Below are positions 1-13,577 of a stretch of DNA of 64,000 nt, piece by piece. The translations under genes and the position numbers were made by a program. Below the pieces are notes generated by a model, which saw only the letters and a program-made list of their open reading frames with translations, was not told the DNA's origin and did not search any database. Location of the stretch: NCBI GenBank assembly GCA_002633005.1, contig NMRA01000341.1:1-64000 (forward strand). Reading direction: 5' to 3'. The first letter of the stretch is position 1. Each line of letters starts with the position of its first letter. Origin of the DNA: Phoronis australis (taxonomy: Eukaryota > Animalia > Phoronida).

Positions 1-201
1 CGACCAGCTGGTCGGCTGATGGCCGGTCGGCTGAAGGGTCGGCTGAAGGGTCGGCTGGGGAGTCGCCTTATGAGTCAGTACTGTGGGCGGCTGCCGGTCG
101 GCTAATTTTTAGCCGACCGGTCGGCAAATTAGCCGACCGGTCAACGGCTAGTCGTCGACCAATTTCTGACCGGGCGGCCAAAAATTCGTGATGTGTGCTG
201 T
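1..201. mobile_element. End of a CpG-rich MITE-like element (possibly PIF/Harbinger type)
   Basis: Many GGTCGG/CCGACC motifs and a hairpin ccggtcggctaa-ttt-ttagccgaccgg (~94-120). Abrupt switch to AT-rich sequence after ...gatgtgtgctg. The other end is outside the window. Confidence 0.35.
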
Positions 202-427
202 ACTGTCTTTCAATAGTAGACAAAAAATAGTTTTTTTTTCAATATTTGTCTTGAGTTAAGGTCCTAGGTAACCTTAATAATTATTAAATTCTACACCATA
301 GCAACCATGAGACAACATTTTGAAAAATTGTGAGCTATCACAATAAAGTAAAAAAGAACTTTCAATAACAGTAGATATCATCATCAGAAGTATCCTGCTT
401 CATTTGTAAGGCAGAAGAACAGCTTAC

Positions 428-506
428 CTCATATGGAGTTAACAGAGGTTTTGAAAACGCAGTTCCCCAATCAATCGAAAGTCTTGGGCATGCTACCTGT
501 ATCCAC
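428..506 (-). CDS. DPH1: DPH1 coding exon 11
   Basis: [26 protein letters not shown], including the Fe-S-binding Cys motif. AG acceptor and GTAAGC donor; phase matches exon 10. Confidence 0.95.
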
Positions 507-847
507 CTGAAAAACATTACCCACAAAACATTTGTCAGAGTCAAGCCAACTACTCGAGCCTAATTTCAAGCAATAACCCATGGTCAGCTCGTCTTTAACA
601 ATAACCCAAATTTCAGTATCTCGTAACTAAAACTATGTCCTGAAACATCATAACACCCTCTAATGCCGTGCATTTTACCCTCAACACAGCGCACAGTTGT
701 TCAGTACTGTCACACTGATCCAAATTTCATAGCAAACATTATTACATTCATCCAGTTTGAACACTAATAGTTTCACTGTTACACAGAACCACAAACATGA
801 TTAAGCTAGGTGAGACACCAGCCCACAAAGTTTGAGCAGAGAGTTGT

Positions 848-2868
848 ATTTTGGATGTGATTAGTTCATGCTTTCTGAGAGCCTGGCTGAAAATATAGCA
901 GCAAGTTTAAGAATTTTGGGTGTGATTAGTTCATGCTTTCTGAGAGCCTGGCTAAAAATGTAGCAGCAAATTTAAGAATTTTGGATGTGATTAGTTCATG
1001 CTTTCTGAGAGCCTGGCTGAAAATATAGCAGCAAATTTAAGAATTTTGGATGTGATTAGTTCATGCTTTCTGAGAGCCTGGCTGAAAATATAGCAGCAAA
1101 TTTAAGAATTTTGGATGTGATTAGTTCATGCTTTCTGAGAGCCTGGCTGAAAATATAGCAGCAAATTTAAGAATTTTGGATGTGATTAGTTCATGCTTTC
1201 TGAGAGCCTGGCTGAAAATATAGCAGCAAATTTAAGAATTTTGGATGTGATTAGTTCATGCTTTCTGAGAGCCTGGCTGAAAATATAGCAGCAAATTTAA
1301 GAATTTTGGATGTGATTAGTTCATGCTTTCTGAGAGCCTGGCTGAAAATATAGCAGCAAATTTAAGAATTTTGGATGTGATTAGTTCATGCTTTCTGAGA
1401 GCCTGGCTGAAAATATAGCAGCAAATTTAAGAATTTTGGATGTGATTAGTTCATGCTTTCTGAGAGCCTGGCTGAAAATATAGCAGCAAATTTAAGAATT
1501 TTGGATGTGATTAGTTCATGCTTTCTGAGAGCCTGGCTGAAAATATAGCAGCAAATTTAAGAATTTTGGATGTGATTAGTTCATGCTTTCTGAGAGCCTG
1601 GCTGAAAATATAGCAGCAAATTTAAGAATTTTGGATGTGATTAGTTCATGCTTTCTGAGAGCCTGGCTGAAAATATAGCAGCAAATTTAAGAATTTTGGA
1701 TGTGATTAGTTCATGCTTTCTGAGAGCCTGGCTGAAAATATAGCAGCAAATTTAAGAATTTTGGATGTGATTAGTTCATGCTTTCTGAGAGCCTGGCTGA
1801 AAATATAGCAGCAAATTTAAGAATTTTGGATGTGATTAGTTCATGCTTTCTGAGAGCCTGGCTGAAAATATAGCAGCAAATTTAAGAATTTTGGATGTGA
1901 TTAGTTCATGCTTTCTGAGAGCCTGGCTGAAAATATAGCAGCAAATTTAAGAATTTTGGATGTGATTAGTTCATGCTTTCTGAGAGCCTGGCTGAAAATA
2001 TAGCAGCAAATTTAAGAATTTTGGATGTGATTAGTTCATGCTTTCTGAGAGCCTGGCTGAAAATATAGCAGCAAATTTAAGAATTTTGGATGTGATTAGT
2101 TCATGCTTTCTGAGAGCCTGGCTGAAAATATAGCAGCAAATTTAAGAATTTTGGATGTGATTAGTTCATGCTTTCTGAGAGCCTGGCTGAAAATATAGCA
2201 GCAAATTTAAGAATTTTGGATGTGATTAGTTCATGCTTTCTGAGAGCCTGGCTGAAAATATAGCAGCAAATTTAAGAATTTTGGATGTGATTAGTTCATG
2301 CTTTCTGAGAGCCTGGCTGAAAATATAGCAGCAAATTTAAGAATTTTGGATGTGATTAGTTCATGCTTTCTGAGAGCCTGGCTGAAAATATAGCAGCAAA
2401 TTTAAGAATTTTGGATGTGATTAGTTCATGCTTTCTGAGAGCCTGGCTGAAAATATAGCAGCAAATTTAAGAATTTTGGATGTGATTAGTTCATGCTTTC
2501 TGAGAGCCTGGCTGAAAATATAGCAGCAAATTTAAGAATTTTGGATGTGATTAGTTCATGCTTTCTGAGAGCCTGGCTGAAAATATAGCAGCAAATTTAA
2601 GAATTTTGGATGTGATTAGTTCATGCTTTCTGAGAGCCTGGCTGAAAATATAGCAGCAAATTTAAGAATTTTGGATGTGATTAGTTCATGCTTTCTGAGA
2701 GCCTGGCTGAAAATATAGCAGCAAATTTAAGAATTTTGGATGTGATTAGTTCATGCTTTCTGAGAGCCTGGCTGAAAATATAGCAGCAAATTTAAGAATT
2801 TTGGATGTGATTAGTTCATGCTTTCTGAGAGCCTGGCTGAAAATGTAGCAGCAAATTTAAGAATTTTG
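848..2868. repeat. 65-bp tandem array, ~31 copies
   Basis: Unit ggatgtgattagttcatgctttctgagagcctggctgaaaatatagcagcaaatttaagaatttt, period 65 (851, 916, 981...). Internal copies appear identical. Confidence 0.97.
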
Positions 2869-2902
2869 ACACAAGTCAGTTTAGCTTATTACAAATACAT
2901 AT

Positions 2903-3093
2903 TATGGACCCAGGAGTATGGATCCAGGAGTATGGATCCAGGAGTATGGATCCAGGAGTATGGATCCAGGAGTATGGATCCAGGAGTATGGATCCAGGAG
3001 ACAATGTTTTTCAAATCAAAGATTTTAAAGAAAAGTATGGACCCAGGAGACAATGTTTTTCAAATCAAAGATTTTAAAGAAAAGTATGGACCC
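2903..3093. repeat. 14-bp minisatellite (~7 copies) followed by a ~49-bp duplication
   Basis: (tatggatccaggag)n, then two copies of gacaatgtttttcaaatcaaagattttaaagaaaagtatggaccc. Confidence 0.9.
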
Positions 3094-3282
3094 GTATTAT
3101 CTGTGCGCACATAAAAGGAAAGATATAAAGATTTGTGAGTCGAGAAAAGAAGACAAATTGTACAGAATGTGAAGGTTGTAAAGATATGTGATTCTGCAAA
3201 GGAAAGAAAGTATAAATAAAAGAGGGCTGCACTGCAAAAGCACTGTCTTAAAGTCATCACTGAACATCTTCAATAAACTTAC

Positions 3283-3383
3283 GCATCAATGTTGGAGAAA
3301 AGCTTCAATTTTTCAGGAAAAACTTCAGATAACAGCACTGTGATATACTTCTTGCCAACAGATCTTATTCTTGACTGCAGATT
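3283..3383 (-). CDS. DPH1: DPH1 coding exon 10
   Basis: NLQSRIRSVGKKYITVLLSEVFPEKLKLFSNID(A). CAG acceptor, GTAAGT donor, 101 nt. Confidence 0.93.
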
Positions 3384-4803
3384 CTGCAAAATAGAACAAC
3401 TAAGTTTTAATTGCAATACTTCAAGGCCAACTACCCACAGTACCTTCAAGGCCATTGGCCCACAGCATCTTCAAGGCCATCATCGGCCTACAGTGCCTTC
3501 AAGGCCCTGTACAATTACATTTTTAGTTATCAAGCGGCGTTAACAAGGATTCTCCTAATTTGAATGAGTTGTACACAACTGAAGGTTTAAGAATTTCTGT
3601 TGCACAGCACTTTTCATCAAAAGTAAACTCATGCTAATACCATTTCTTCAGGAAGCACCTTCTTCAACTTCTTTACAAAATTTCATGAAAATCTCTCCAA
3701 GAACTCCAAAAGAGTGCACACCAATCATCTGATTGGTCTAAAATTCATTATCACCAGTTGTCAGCTCCACAGTAACACATTTGCCAAATATCACAATGTT
3801 CTTGAAAAGGTTTATGGAGATTCAGCCAAAGACGCAAAAAAAAATCCCCACAAGGGGGCACCAGGTTAGTGAAACCCGTTCAGAAATCAACATCATCCAC
3901 GGTCTCCTAATTAGGAATACAGCTGCCAATTTTTATAATGATTGTTCAAACAGTTTGACAAACGATGAAAGATGAAGGCAGATGCCAAAAACGAGACTCG
4001 AAAATTTTAAAAATAGCCACTCGGTGGTATAGTCGTCAAAGCTGTCGGAAAATGGAAAGGTGTTGTTGCCTGTTGCCGCCTTATTAGAAGCCTAGTATAT
4101 GCTAAACTTTACGAAACCCTCTCCAAGAATTCCAAAGATAAAGAGAAAACTGTACAAAAATAAAACTGCCACAAGGTGACAGAGCGATTGTCACATAGGA
4201 CCAAAATTCATAATCATCAGTCGTCAGTTTCACTGGAACACATTTGCCAAATCTCATCAAAATCCTGCTTCGGATTTAGGAGATTTAGCTAGGTACACCG
4301 AACACCCAGACAGAGATGACGAAAATAAAAATCCGGCAGAGGGTTTGGGAGATACAGCCATAGATGCAGAAAACTGACACTAGGAGGCGCCACAGTAGTC
4401 TGTGTCATCTGAAAATCATCATCAGCCATAAAAACATAAATGCCAATTTTCAAAATCATCGGTTTAGTTGACAGAGGAGCGAATGCCAAAAACAGACTAG
4501 AGAAGAATAAAAATGGCCACTAGATGGAGCAAAATACGTCAAACCCATCCCTAAAACAGGAACATGTCATTGTTTTTTTAAAAGAAAGATATTTACCAAA
4601 TTTCATAAAAATTTGGTTGACAGAAGAAAGGACACCACAAAATGACTCAATAACGGTAAAAAAAGGTACTTGGCAGTGCAAAATATCTCGAATCCTTCCG
4701 AAAATAGGGGGATAGCGTCATCTCACTAACAGATGCCTATCTGTCAAATTTTTTGAAAATTTGTTGAGGACCTTTGAAGATATAGAGGTAAGCGTAAAAT
4801 AAT

Positions 4804-6146
4804 ACAAGAGCAACGCAGAGCGTTAAAATGTGCCCACAATTGCACTGCATACGGTATCCTTCTAGGGTTGTTTATTGGTACCATGAAGTGGCCAGTAGAG
4901 GGCATATATGTAGTATGTTGTACTTTGCAAAATGGAAAGGCATGGTCATTGTCTCCTCAATAGGCTAGGGGCAAAATGTGAGTGATCTTCATAATAAAAG
5001 CACATCTTATAAATCAGTTGCTTAAAGCACCACAGAAACATAGAATTAAAAACAAATTTACCAACATTCGAGATTAGCACAGCATTAGAATGCCAGAAAC
5101 AAATTTCTACTTGGAACTTTTCCTTCATAGTCACGAAGTAACACAAAGTATACACCTGAAGGCCTATGAAAATACAGAGGTCAATGTAAAATACTAAAAT
5201 TGCCACTAGAGGCATACCGGTAGTCAGAATCATCCTAAAGTCGTCATCGTTCGTTGTCAACATCACATAAATACACTTGCTAAATTTAGTAAAGATCCTG
5301 CAAANNNNNNNNNNNNNNNNNNNNNNNNNNNNNNNNNNNNNNNNNNNNNNNNNNNNNNNNNNNNNNNNNNNNNNNNNNNNNNNNNNNNNNNNNNNNNNNN
5401 NNNNNNNNNNNNNNNNNNNNNNNNNNNNNNNNNNNNNNNNNNNNNNNNNNNNNNNNNNNNNNNNNNNNNNNNNNNNNNNNNNNNNNNNNNNNNNNNNNNN
5501 NNNNNNNNNNNNNNNNNNNNNNNNNNNNNNNNNNNNNNNNNNNNNNNNNNNNNNNNNNNNNNNNNNNNNNNNNNNNNNNNNNNNNNNNNNNNNNNNNNNN
5601 NNNNNNNNNNNNNNNNNNNNNNNNNNNNNNNNNNNNNNNNNNNNNNNNNNNNNNNNNNNNNNNNNNNNNNNNNNNNNNNNNNNNNNNNNNNNNNNNNNNN
5701 NNNNNNNNNNNNNNNNNNNNNNNNNNNNNNNNNNNNNNNNNNNNNNNNNNNNNNNNNNNNNNNNNNNNNNNNNNNNNNNNNNNNNNNNNNNNNNNNNNNN
5801 NNNNNNNNNNNNNNNNNNNNNNNNNNNNNNNNNNNNNNNNNNNNNNNNNAGCGTCATCTCACTAATAGGTGCCTACATACCAAATTTCATGAAAATCCGT
5901 TCAGGACTTTTGAAGACACAAAGGTAAGCGTAAAAAACTAAAATTGCCACTAGGGGGCATAGCGGTAGTCGGATCCGTCCGAAAGTTTGCACATGCCGTC
6001 CCATTCATGAATGGAACATATGTGCCAAATTTCATGAACGTATGTCAAAGGGTTTTGGAGATAAAGCAGCGGACGCCGGACAGACGCCGCCCGGACGGAC
6101 GGACGGACGGACGGAGATGACGGCATATAAATATGTGGGCGCATAA
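4804..6146 (-). mobile_element. Non-autonomous Helentron/HINE (DINE-1-like) repeat copy spanning the gap
   Basis: Starts acaagagcaacg...tgtgcccaca, ends atgtgggcgcataa, with a (ggac)n microsatellite near 6094-6112 and degenerate internal repeats. Related sequence also at ~3640-4800 and ~6150-6630. Continuity across the N gap is inferred. Confidence 0.6.
5305..5849. other. Assembly gap
   Basis: Run of N. Confidence 1.
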
Positions 6147-6726
6147 AAATTGCAACTAGGGGGCACACTAGTAGCCAAATCCATCCAAATGTTCACTCAT
6201 GTCTTCCCATCAACACATGAAACACATATGCAAAATTTTATGAACAAATTATATCAATGGGTTTTGGGGATAGAGCAGAGAATGCTGGATGGACGCTGGA
6301 CGGATGGGGATGATGGCATAATGCGCCCATATATACATTATTTCTATGTGGGTACATCAAAAGATTCTTCAAGCAATTCGGATGCCAAAATAATAAAAAT
6401 AACCACTATGTGGTGCATTATACGTCAAATTCTTCCAGATGGGAAAGAATCATCAACTACTTAACATACAACAGGTAGTCCGACGTTGCAGATGGAGGCA
6501 GACATAAAAATAAAATTGTCACTAGGGGTACAACGCTAGATGGATCGGTGGAAAATTTTCTTTGCCTGTTGTCAGTTTCATAGGAACACACCTGCCAAAT
6601 CTCATGATCATGCAAGAAAATCAGGAGAAACAGCAGCAGATGGCTAGACTTTAGTCAAGACACCTCGTTAGAGATGACACCAATGTCAAAAACATGAGAC
6701 TTACACTTCAACGGAAAACAATGTAC

Positions 6727-6883
6727 CTGCAGAATTTTAGGTGACCCTTGTCTTCCCAGAGTTCCCAGTATTATTCCAAATGTTGCAGCTTCAGATGCAC
6801 CTTCCACCGCCTTCTTACGATTGGCCAACATTTTCTCATAATCGTAATACTCGCGCGAGAAAACTTTACTATAAGGATCATAT
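6727..6883 (-). CDS. DPH1: DPH1 coding exon 9
   Basis: [52 protein letters not shown]. Canonical splice sites, 157 nt. Confidence 0.95.
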
Positions 6884-7074
6884 CTGTAAGACAGTTAACG
6901 ACCAGATGATTAATCTGATTGTCATCTAAATCACTATGGCTGGATTGATATTTTTAAGAATTATGAATGTCAAGGTCAAGAGCGATTTTGCAACTGCAAG
7001 AATTCAACAAAAAACCAACAACAGTTTAAAAGAAATCTCAACAAAGCTCTAACTAAATCATTGCTGTACACTAC

Positions 7075-7143
7075 CTGTATGCTGGCAATGTGGGGTTGTG
7101 AATCATTATTGACTCCAGGTGAAAGCGGCCGTCTCCAAGATAC
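7075..7143 (-). CDS. DPH1: DPH1 coding exon 8
   Basis: YLGDGRFHLESIMIHNPTLPAYR. Canonical splice sites, 69 nt. Confidence 0.95.
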
Positions 7144-8189
7144 CTGAAGGAAAATTAAGAAAATACTCTCAGTCTTTCAATGGCAATCATCTTTACCCAG
7201 AATGTACAACTTGTGGACTTCAGTTGTTTTAACTATTAAACCTTAACTAGTGTTTGAACCATAAACAAGGTTAAAATAAGTAAAATGGTAAAATGTGCAA
7301 CAATTTACAAAGTGATTTACAGAGCTAGGAAGAAAACTATTTCAAGATTCTTAGTAAATTAGTAGCAACTTAAGGAATTAACGCAGAGCCTTGACATGTG
7401 CCCACAGTGTGCATAGTAGATATAAGTGATGATCATTATTTCTAACATTCCTACTAAAGAGAGCAATACTAGAAAACGTTAATGCCACTCCCTAGGGCAA
7501 CGCTCTCCTCAGCAAGAACCACTTGCCATTTCCCATTTCAATTCCTTAAGCAGTTTGACACTGAGACAGGGCAGCATACGGCAAAGAACAGAAACAAATA
7601 AAATAACAGCAAGAACAGCTTAAAGCAATGAAATGCACCAATGTCTGCACCATACACAGTATGTTTTTTGGGCCCATGTACTAGGACAGCTAACACTTGC
7701 ATAAATTATTATAATTGCTGATATCTACTCAGATTATTTCTGCATGGTATTTTTGACAAAAACATGACATTATTTCGTAAAATTAGTCATCGAAACCATT
7801 GTCAAGTGACCCTTTCTGCTTTTGATAACTTCAGTAAACCCTTCTTGTAAATTGCCTCTGCCGAGCTATTCTTGAGCAAACTCACAAAATGATGTCTATT
7901 ATTTTCCAAAGCACATTTGGCAGTTCTAAGTGAGATAACTCATGGATAAGATGTATCCCAACCTGGTGACCAAAGTTAGTCAAAAATCAATATTGGTGGT
8001 GACCTTGGCAATATTCATTTTGAGTTGTTTGGTAGATAGATGCGAAAACCAAAAAAATAAACAAGAGCAATGCCAAGTGTTGAAATGCACCCACAACTGA
8101 ACCACAAATGGCAATCTTGCACCTCCCTTGCAGGGTAGATACAGTTGGCGACATGACATGGTGTTAATGGAACTGTCAAACATTCTCGA

Positions 8190-8800
8190 GAAGGCTAGGA
8201 GAGCAGCGAAAGTTACCATGTGACCTTGTGTGAGAAGTATATCATTAGACCTGGTGAGAGAATGACATCCGGAGAAGTACACAGAACATCCCGCACCAGG
8301 ATGGAGTAGGAGAGTGGAACACAAAAGCCGACATTGTAACAAAATGAATGAACCTTGGAGCAGACATTGTGCATTAGTCCAGATCGCAGAAGCAACTTGT
8401 AATGGTGGAACTTAAAGTCCAATGGGAAGAAGCGATTGAGACATTATTCGAAAGGAACAAGATGATGTATGCTGAACTTGAACAAGGAGTCCGTGCCAAG
8501 GGTTGGCCAGCATGGATTTTCCTCGTCAAAGTTGGCGCAGGAGGATTCCCTAGTCAATCTGTTCATCAACTATTGACAATATTTAGCTATTATGGGCAAG
8601 GATTATTGTAACGCAGTAAGACGATTTAGAGAAGCAGCGGAGTGGGCATAATGCTGGTTGTGGTGGAGACGAGAATAGATCAAATTGAAACCATCCTCTG
8701 ACGAGTAGTATCAGGTAAGGAGTTGCAGTGGCCGCCAACGGTGGTTACTTGGCTGATGACAAGGCCACCATATGGTGCTGAATACGTTGACTGTCTGAAA
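8190..8800 (+). mobile_element. Decayed 3' fragment of an RLE-bearing non-LTR retrotransposon (HERO-like)
   Basis: VELKVQWEEAIETLFERNKMMYAEL...GWPAWIFLVKVGAGGF followed by EAAEWA*CWLWWRRE. This matches the ELTVPWEE...ERK..KY...GW...PVEVG.RGF...AE.AS.WLW pattern of restriction-like endonuclease C-termini. Stops and frameshifts are present; boundaries approximate. Confidence 0.75.
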
Positions 8801-9754
8801 ATTGGTACCTCACCTTATAAAACTAACATCAAACCAAAAAGGATGAAAGTAAACAGTTTCCAAAATTTACAAAAAAGAAATAAAATATGCCATAAAGTGG
8901 CACAGAACTTGGCATCAGTTATTAGCGAGTCTAGTCTATGCTTCTTCTCAGAAAGAGCAGTAATAAGGAATCGCAAATACAAAGATAATGACACAAAATG
9001 ACACAACAGAACAGCATGTATTGAAATATGCTCAAAACTGAAAGCTGACATCACCTCCAAAATGTAACAGCCTGTAGGGATGTTGCAGTTTGTAGTCAAA
9101 TCCGTCTGAAAATGATCGACCTCCATCTCCGTAATGCCAGTACATACCCCCAAGTTTCATTGGAATTGGTTAATCAGCGTTCGAGCTGTCACCTTGAAAC
9201 CCTCTTCCTAAAAATACTGTAGGCCTTGTCCCTGGCCTTGAGGCAAGGGCAGATTGAAAAGTGGCATGCTCTACACATATCAAATGTCATTAAAATACAA
9301 CCAGAGATTTTTTAAATGAGCAGACAACTGGTCAATAGAAAAACTGGACAAAATGGAAACTAGAGGACATTGCAGTGGTCAAATCAGCCCAGAAAAATTG
9401 ACTGGTCCCATTGACTGGTTCCGTTAATTGGTTCCATTGACTGGTTCAATTGACCGGTCCCATCGACTGGTTCCATTGATTGGTTCCAACACATTGCAGT
9501 CACATACCCAGGACTGTCAAGTTTCATTGAAATCCTGCCATCGGTTCCATAGCCATCATCTGGAAACTAACATCCTCAAGAAATGGTGGAAAGTGCCTCA
9601 AGATCAAAACGGCCAGTAGATGGTGCTGCAGAGGTTGAATCCACATCTGTATCAAGATTCATTATTTAAAATCTTTTCAAGAGTTCTCTAGATATCATCC
9701 AAAAATGCTCTACTTCTACCCAAAAATATTGAAAAAGCCCCCTGTCTAGATCAA

Positions 9755-9900
9755 AATGGCTTCTAAGGGAGGAGGGTGTTGCAGAGACCGAATGGCTTCT
9801 AAGGGAGGTGGGTGCTGCAGAGACCGAATGGCTTCTAAGGGAGAGGGGTGCTGCAGAGACCGAATGGCTTCTATGGGAGGGGGGTGCTGCAGAGACTGAA
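9755..9900. repeat. 36-bp tandem repeat, 4 copies
   Basis: aatggcttctaagggag..gggtgctgcagagaccg at 9755, 9791, 9827, 9863. Confidence 0.9.
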
Positions 9901-10241
9901 TCTGTTCCATAAATCAACTGGTGACACTGCATTGTTGTCACTAACTTCTACGACACGATTCATTGACATCTGTCAATCAACTCTCCAGATATCGTCCAAA
10001 AACGTTCTTGCCCTACTGAAGAAGTACTGAAAAAATCCCTGATTGAGACCAAAATGGTCACTTAGGAGTGTTACCGAGGTCAAATCTGCTAAAAAATCAG
10101 TTGGTGCGAGAGCTGTTGTCACAAACTTCGGTGTCAAGTTTCAGTGAAATCTATCCTTCGGTTCTCTAGATATTATCTGGACATGCTCTTCCCCTCTGGC
10201 TCCCGGGCAAAGCAAATTGAAAAGTGGCAGGCATCGCCCAA

Positions 10242-10555
10242 ATGTTGGCCTTCACCCTGGTGTTGGCTTTCACCCTGATGGTGGCCTTCACCCTGATGTT
10301 GGCCTTCACCCTGATGTTGGCCTTCACCCTGGTGTTGGCCTTCACCCTGGTGTTGGCCTTCACCCTGATGTTGGCCTTCATCCTGATGTTGGCCTTCACC
10401 CTGGTGTTGGCCTTCACCTTGATGTTGGCCTTCACCCTGATGTTGGCCTTCACCCTGATGTTGGCTTTCACCCTGGTGTTGGCCTTCACCCTGGTGTTGG
10501 CCTTCACCCTGGTGCTGGCCTTCACCCTGGTGTTGGCCTTCATCCTGATGTTGGT
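10242..10555. repeat. 18-bp minisatellite, ~17 copies
   Basis: (tgttggccttcaccctgr)n. Confidence 0.95.
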
Positions 10556-10964
10556 CTACACTGCGGTGTCAATTTCATCCAGATTCACTAGGGCTTTATG
10601 AGATACCGAGTACACAGCTGGACAATAGCAAAACCAGACAAAACAGCCATTAGGAGGTGTTGCAGCAGCGGAAATTGTTACAGTATCAATTGGTGCTGGC
10701 ACAATGCCATCTCCCATGTCCGCTGGTGGTCTGACTGCCAACACTTTTATCTGTCATATCATGTGGTCCTTCTGCATCTTGATGAGTGGTCTGAATCTTC
10801 CATCAGTCCAAACTTAGGAATGACCCACATTAAAGTACTGACTTCACAGGCACCTCTACTTTGACGTTAAATCATTTTATGATTTCAGTCAGTAACAGAC
10901 TTCTTTGGTATGTGTGTCCAATAAAATCTTAATTGTTATCAAAACAAAAGGATTTTGAACTCAC

Positions 10965-11083
10965 ACAATTGCGTCAACACAAGACAACCTAGGAGAGGTG
11001 CATCCTAGAATCTCTCCAGGTGACAGGGGCTTGGACTGAGGAACCAGCACCTTGTAGTCAGGGGACAGCTGTTGACTGGAAGA
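10965..11083 (-). CDS. DPH1: DPH1 coding exon 7
   Basis: [39 protein letters not shown](V), with the conserved GEILGCT motif. GTGAGT donor. Confidence 0.95.
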
Positions 11084-11831
11084 CTGCAACAGAAATTAAA
11101 TATTATTAAATGTTCACTTAGTGAATAAATTATCCCACCACTTCAGGATGTGCACATTTTAAGGCTAAAAGTTCAACGTCTTAGCAAAATTTTTGCTTTA
11201 TATGCATTCTGAAAATAATCACTCATTTAAATTATCAAACTTTTTGATTAGAAAATTCAGGTTAGGAAAAATACCTTTCATTTAATTTGAGCCAGGAGAT
11301 GCTCTACCTTCACCACATTACTTCTTTCTCGAAATTACCAACAATGTAACTGTGATGGAGGTACAAATGTGTGGTCATGAATGCTATACCTGCCATTTTG
11401 CACAAACACATGGGGGACATTTAGACTATGGGACCACCACCTTGTAAGGCACACTTGTTGATTGAGGACCCACCAACTTGTAGGGGACAAACGTTGACTG
11501 AGGACCCATCACCTTGTAGGGGACACTTGTAGAGTGAAGACGCGCATCCTAAATGGATACAAGTGTTGTACCCTCTTCCAAAGGAACACAGTGACACACC
11601 ACTAAGGAACATAAATGTCAATTTTCATGACTGTCAGAAAAAGAGTTCTCACATATATTGATATAACAAAAAATCTTTCTCAACAGCGACAACCGGGAAG
11701 GTGATGCTAGGCTCATCCTTCCAGCATCATGTCAAGTTCACTATCTACAAAATGTGACCTTGTCAAGAGGCAGTAGGGTAAACATAAGAATTAACATATG
11801 GGTCCAGAAATTTATGCAACATTGTACATAC

Positions 11832-11989
11832 CTGCAGTGCAGCCACAAACTGAATGGTGCTAACCAGAGCCAATGAGCTGCCTTCTTTGAAGTTGTGCCT
11901 CACTGTGTCGATGAAATGCACAAGGTCTATCTGTATATCGACAAACACATAGAGCATCTTCAGGCTAGATGATGTGGTATCAATGGGGA
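11832..11989 (-). CDS. DPH1: DPH1 coding exon 6
   Basis: (V)[52 protein letters not shown]. Canonical sites, 158 nt. Confidence 0.95.
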
Positions 11990-13208
11990 CTGGAATCACA
12001 TAAAAAGGGGTATGTTATAGTACGCCAAGACCAAATATTTGGCAATTATAATTTAAACATATAGGTATGATTGTTGGAAGTGGCAACAACATATCAAAAT
12101 AGCATCAAAGGAACATCATCATCAAACCAGCAGAAGTGAATACCTACCTGATCACAGGTGAATACCTACCTGATCACAGGTGAATACCTAACTAACAGTT
12201 GATCCATCAGCTGTTAAGTTCATCACATTTAGTGTTAACTTTCATTCAAATATTTCAAATACTTTTGACAAAAAACGCACTGATAGGTATTATCTTGTCA
12301 AAACATAATGGCTGCCAGCGTACTCCTGCAATCAAACCTGTTCAAAATTGATTGGTGAAGACACCTTCCCAGCGATATTTTTGAAAAGTGAAACAACCAA
12401 CAGGGGGTCCTATGGTTGTTGAATGTGTAGAAAATCAACGGGTACAAAAACCTCCAAGTCAAAGATCTTTGTGTTAAGTTTTATCAAATCTTTCATGCCA
12501 ATATAATAATTCATGGACCAAAATCTTCTCTAAAACAAAATGGCCTAGAGGTGGTCCCACTGTAACTGAATTTGTCTAAATATCAACTGAAGCTGGCGTA
12601 TACCCATCACATGTCTTTGGGTCACTACTTTTGGCAACATCTGTCAAGTCGTTACACCAAAAATTGTTGACAAAAAAAAAACTTCCAACAGGGGATGCTA
12701 CAGTAGTCGAAACCGACCAACAATCAAATGGAGCTGGTGTATTCCCACTAGACCTCTATATCAAAGTTGTAATCTTTTGCTCAGTTGCTTTCCTAACTTA
12801 CGAATAAGGAATTTCTTGTTAAAAACTAAAATGGCCAACAAGGTTTGCACGGTAGAAGAATCTGTTTGAAAGTCAACTGTCTGCTGCTAGCACATCACCA
12901 CCACATAACTTGGCACCAAATTTCATCAGGATCCTTTGAGCATTTTCCGTGACAATCAAAGGTCAAACAAGGGTAACGCCACACAGATGCTGTCCAGACA
13001 CTGCGCCGACGACTGACTTACTATATGCGATCACAAAACTTTTAGTGAGCACGTAAAAAGCATTACTCTCAAGATCTTACAGAAACACAAAATAACATAA
13101 AAACAAGCATCACGATAGACACAGACGTGCTGAGAAATATAAATCTTTTGAAAATAGAGGAAAACATTGTGCACTCATTCAGTAATTCAGAATGCAATAT
13201 GTCCTCAC

Positions 13209-13330
13209 CCAGACAACTGTGGCCATAATGTACCATGAAGTCTGCCCCTAGAGCCTTGGCGGTGAAGTCATCAATGCAGCAAGCACCATAGGTCACATCC
13301 CCCATAATCAGCGTCTCAGCTCCAGTGAAC
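13209..13330 (-). CDS. DPH1: DPH1 coding exon 5
   Basis: [40 protein letters not shown], containing the diagnostic DVTYGACC and HYGHSCL motifs. Confidence 0.97.
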
Positions 13331-13577
13331 CTTATGACAAATGAATAGCAAACAAATAGTTTAAAGCTGCACAAAGTAGATCTCGACCTCGCAGACATAC
13401 TCTGACCACTAACTTTTTGGAACATAGCTGCAAATCTCAGATTTTTAATTTAAAAGTTGAAGGCAAAATCAAGATAATTATAAAGCAAGCAAAAAAGTGG
13501 TAACATCCTTTTGAACACCGATTTTGATTCCAATATTAACTTTACTGTGCATCATGTTAGATTTTACCAGCCGCTCC

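Noticed and set aside
848-2868. CRISPR array or hammerhead array (ctgaga-gcc-t-ggc-tgaaa)
   Set aside because: There are no unique spacers and no cas genes. The core lacks the N of CUGANGA, and no viable stem II loop or stem III/NUH site exists.
4946-5927. Long ORFs of 303 and 216 aa
   Set aside because: They are open only because they run through N.
10166-10601. Repetitive ORFs (VKANTR, GLHPDV, LAFTLM)
   Set aside because: They are translations of an intronic 18-bp minisatellite open in several frames.
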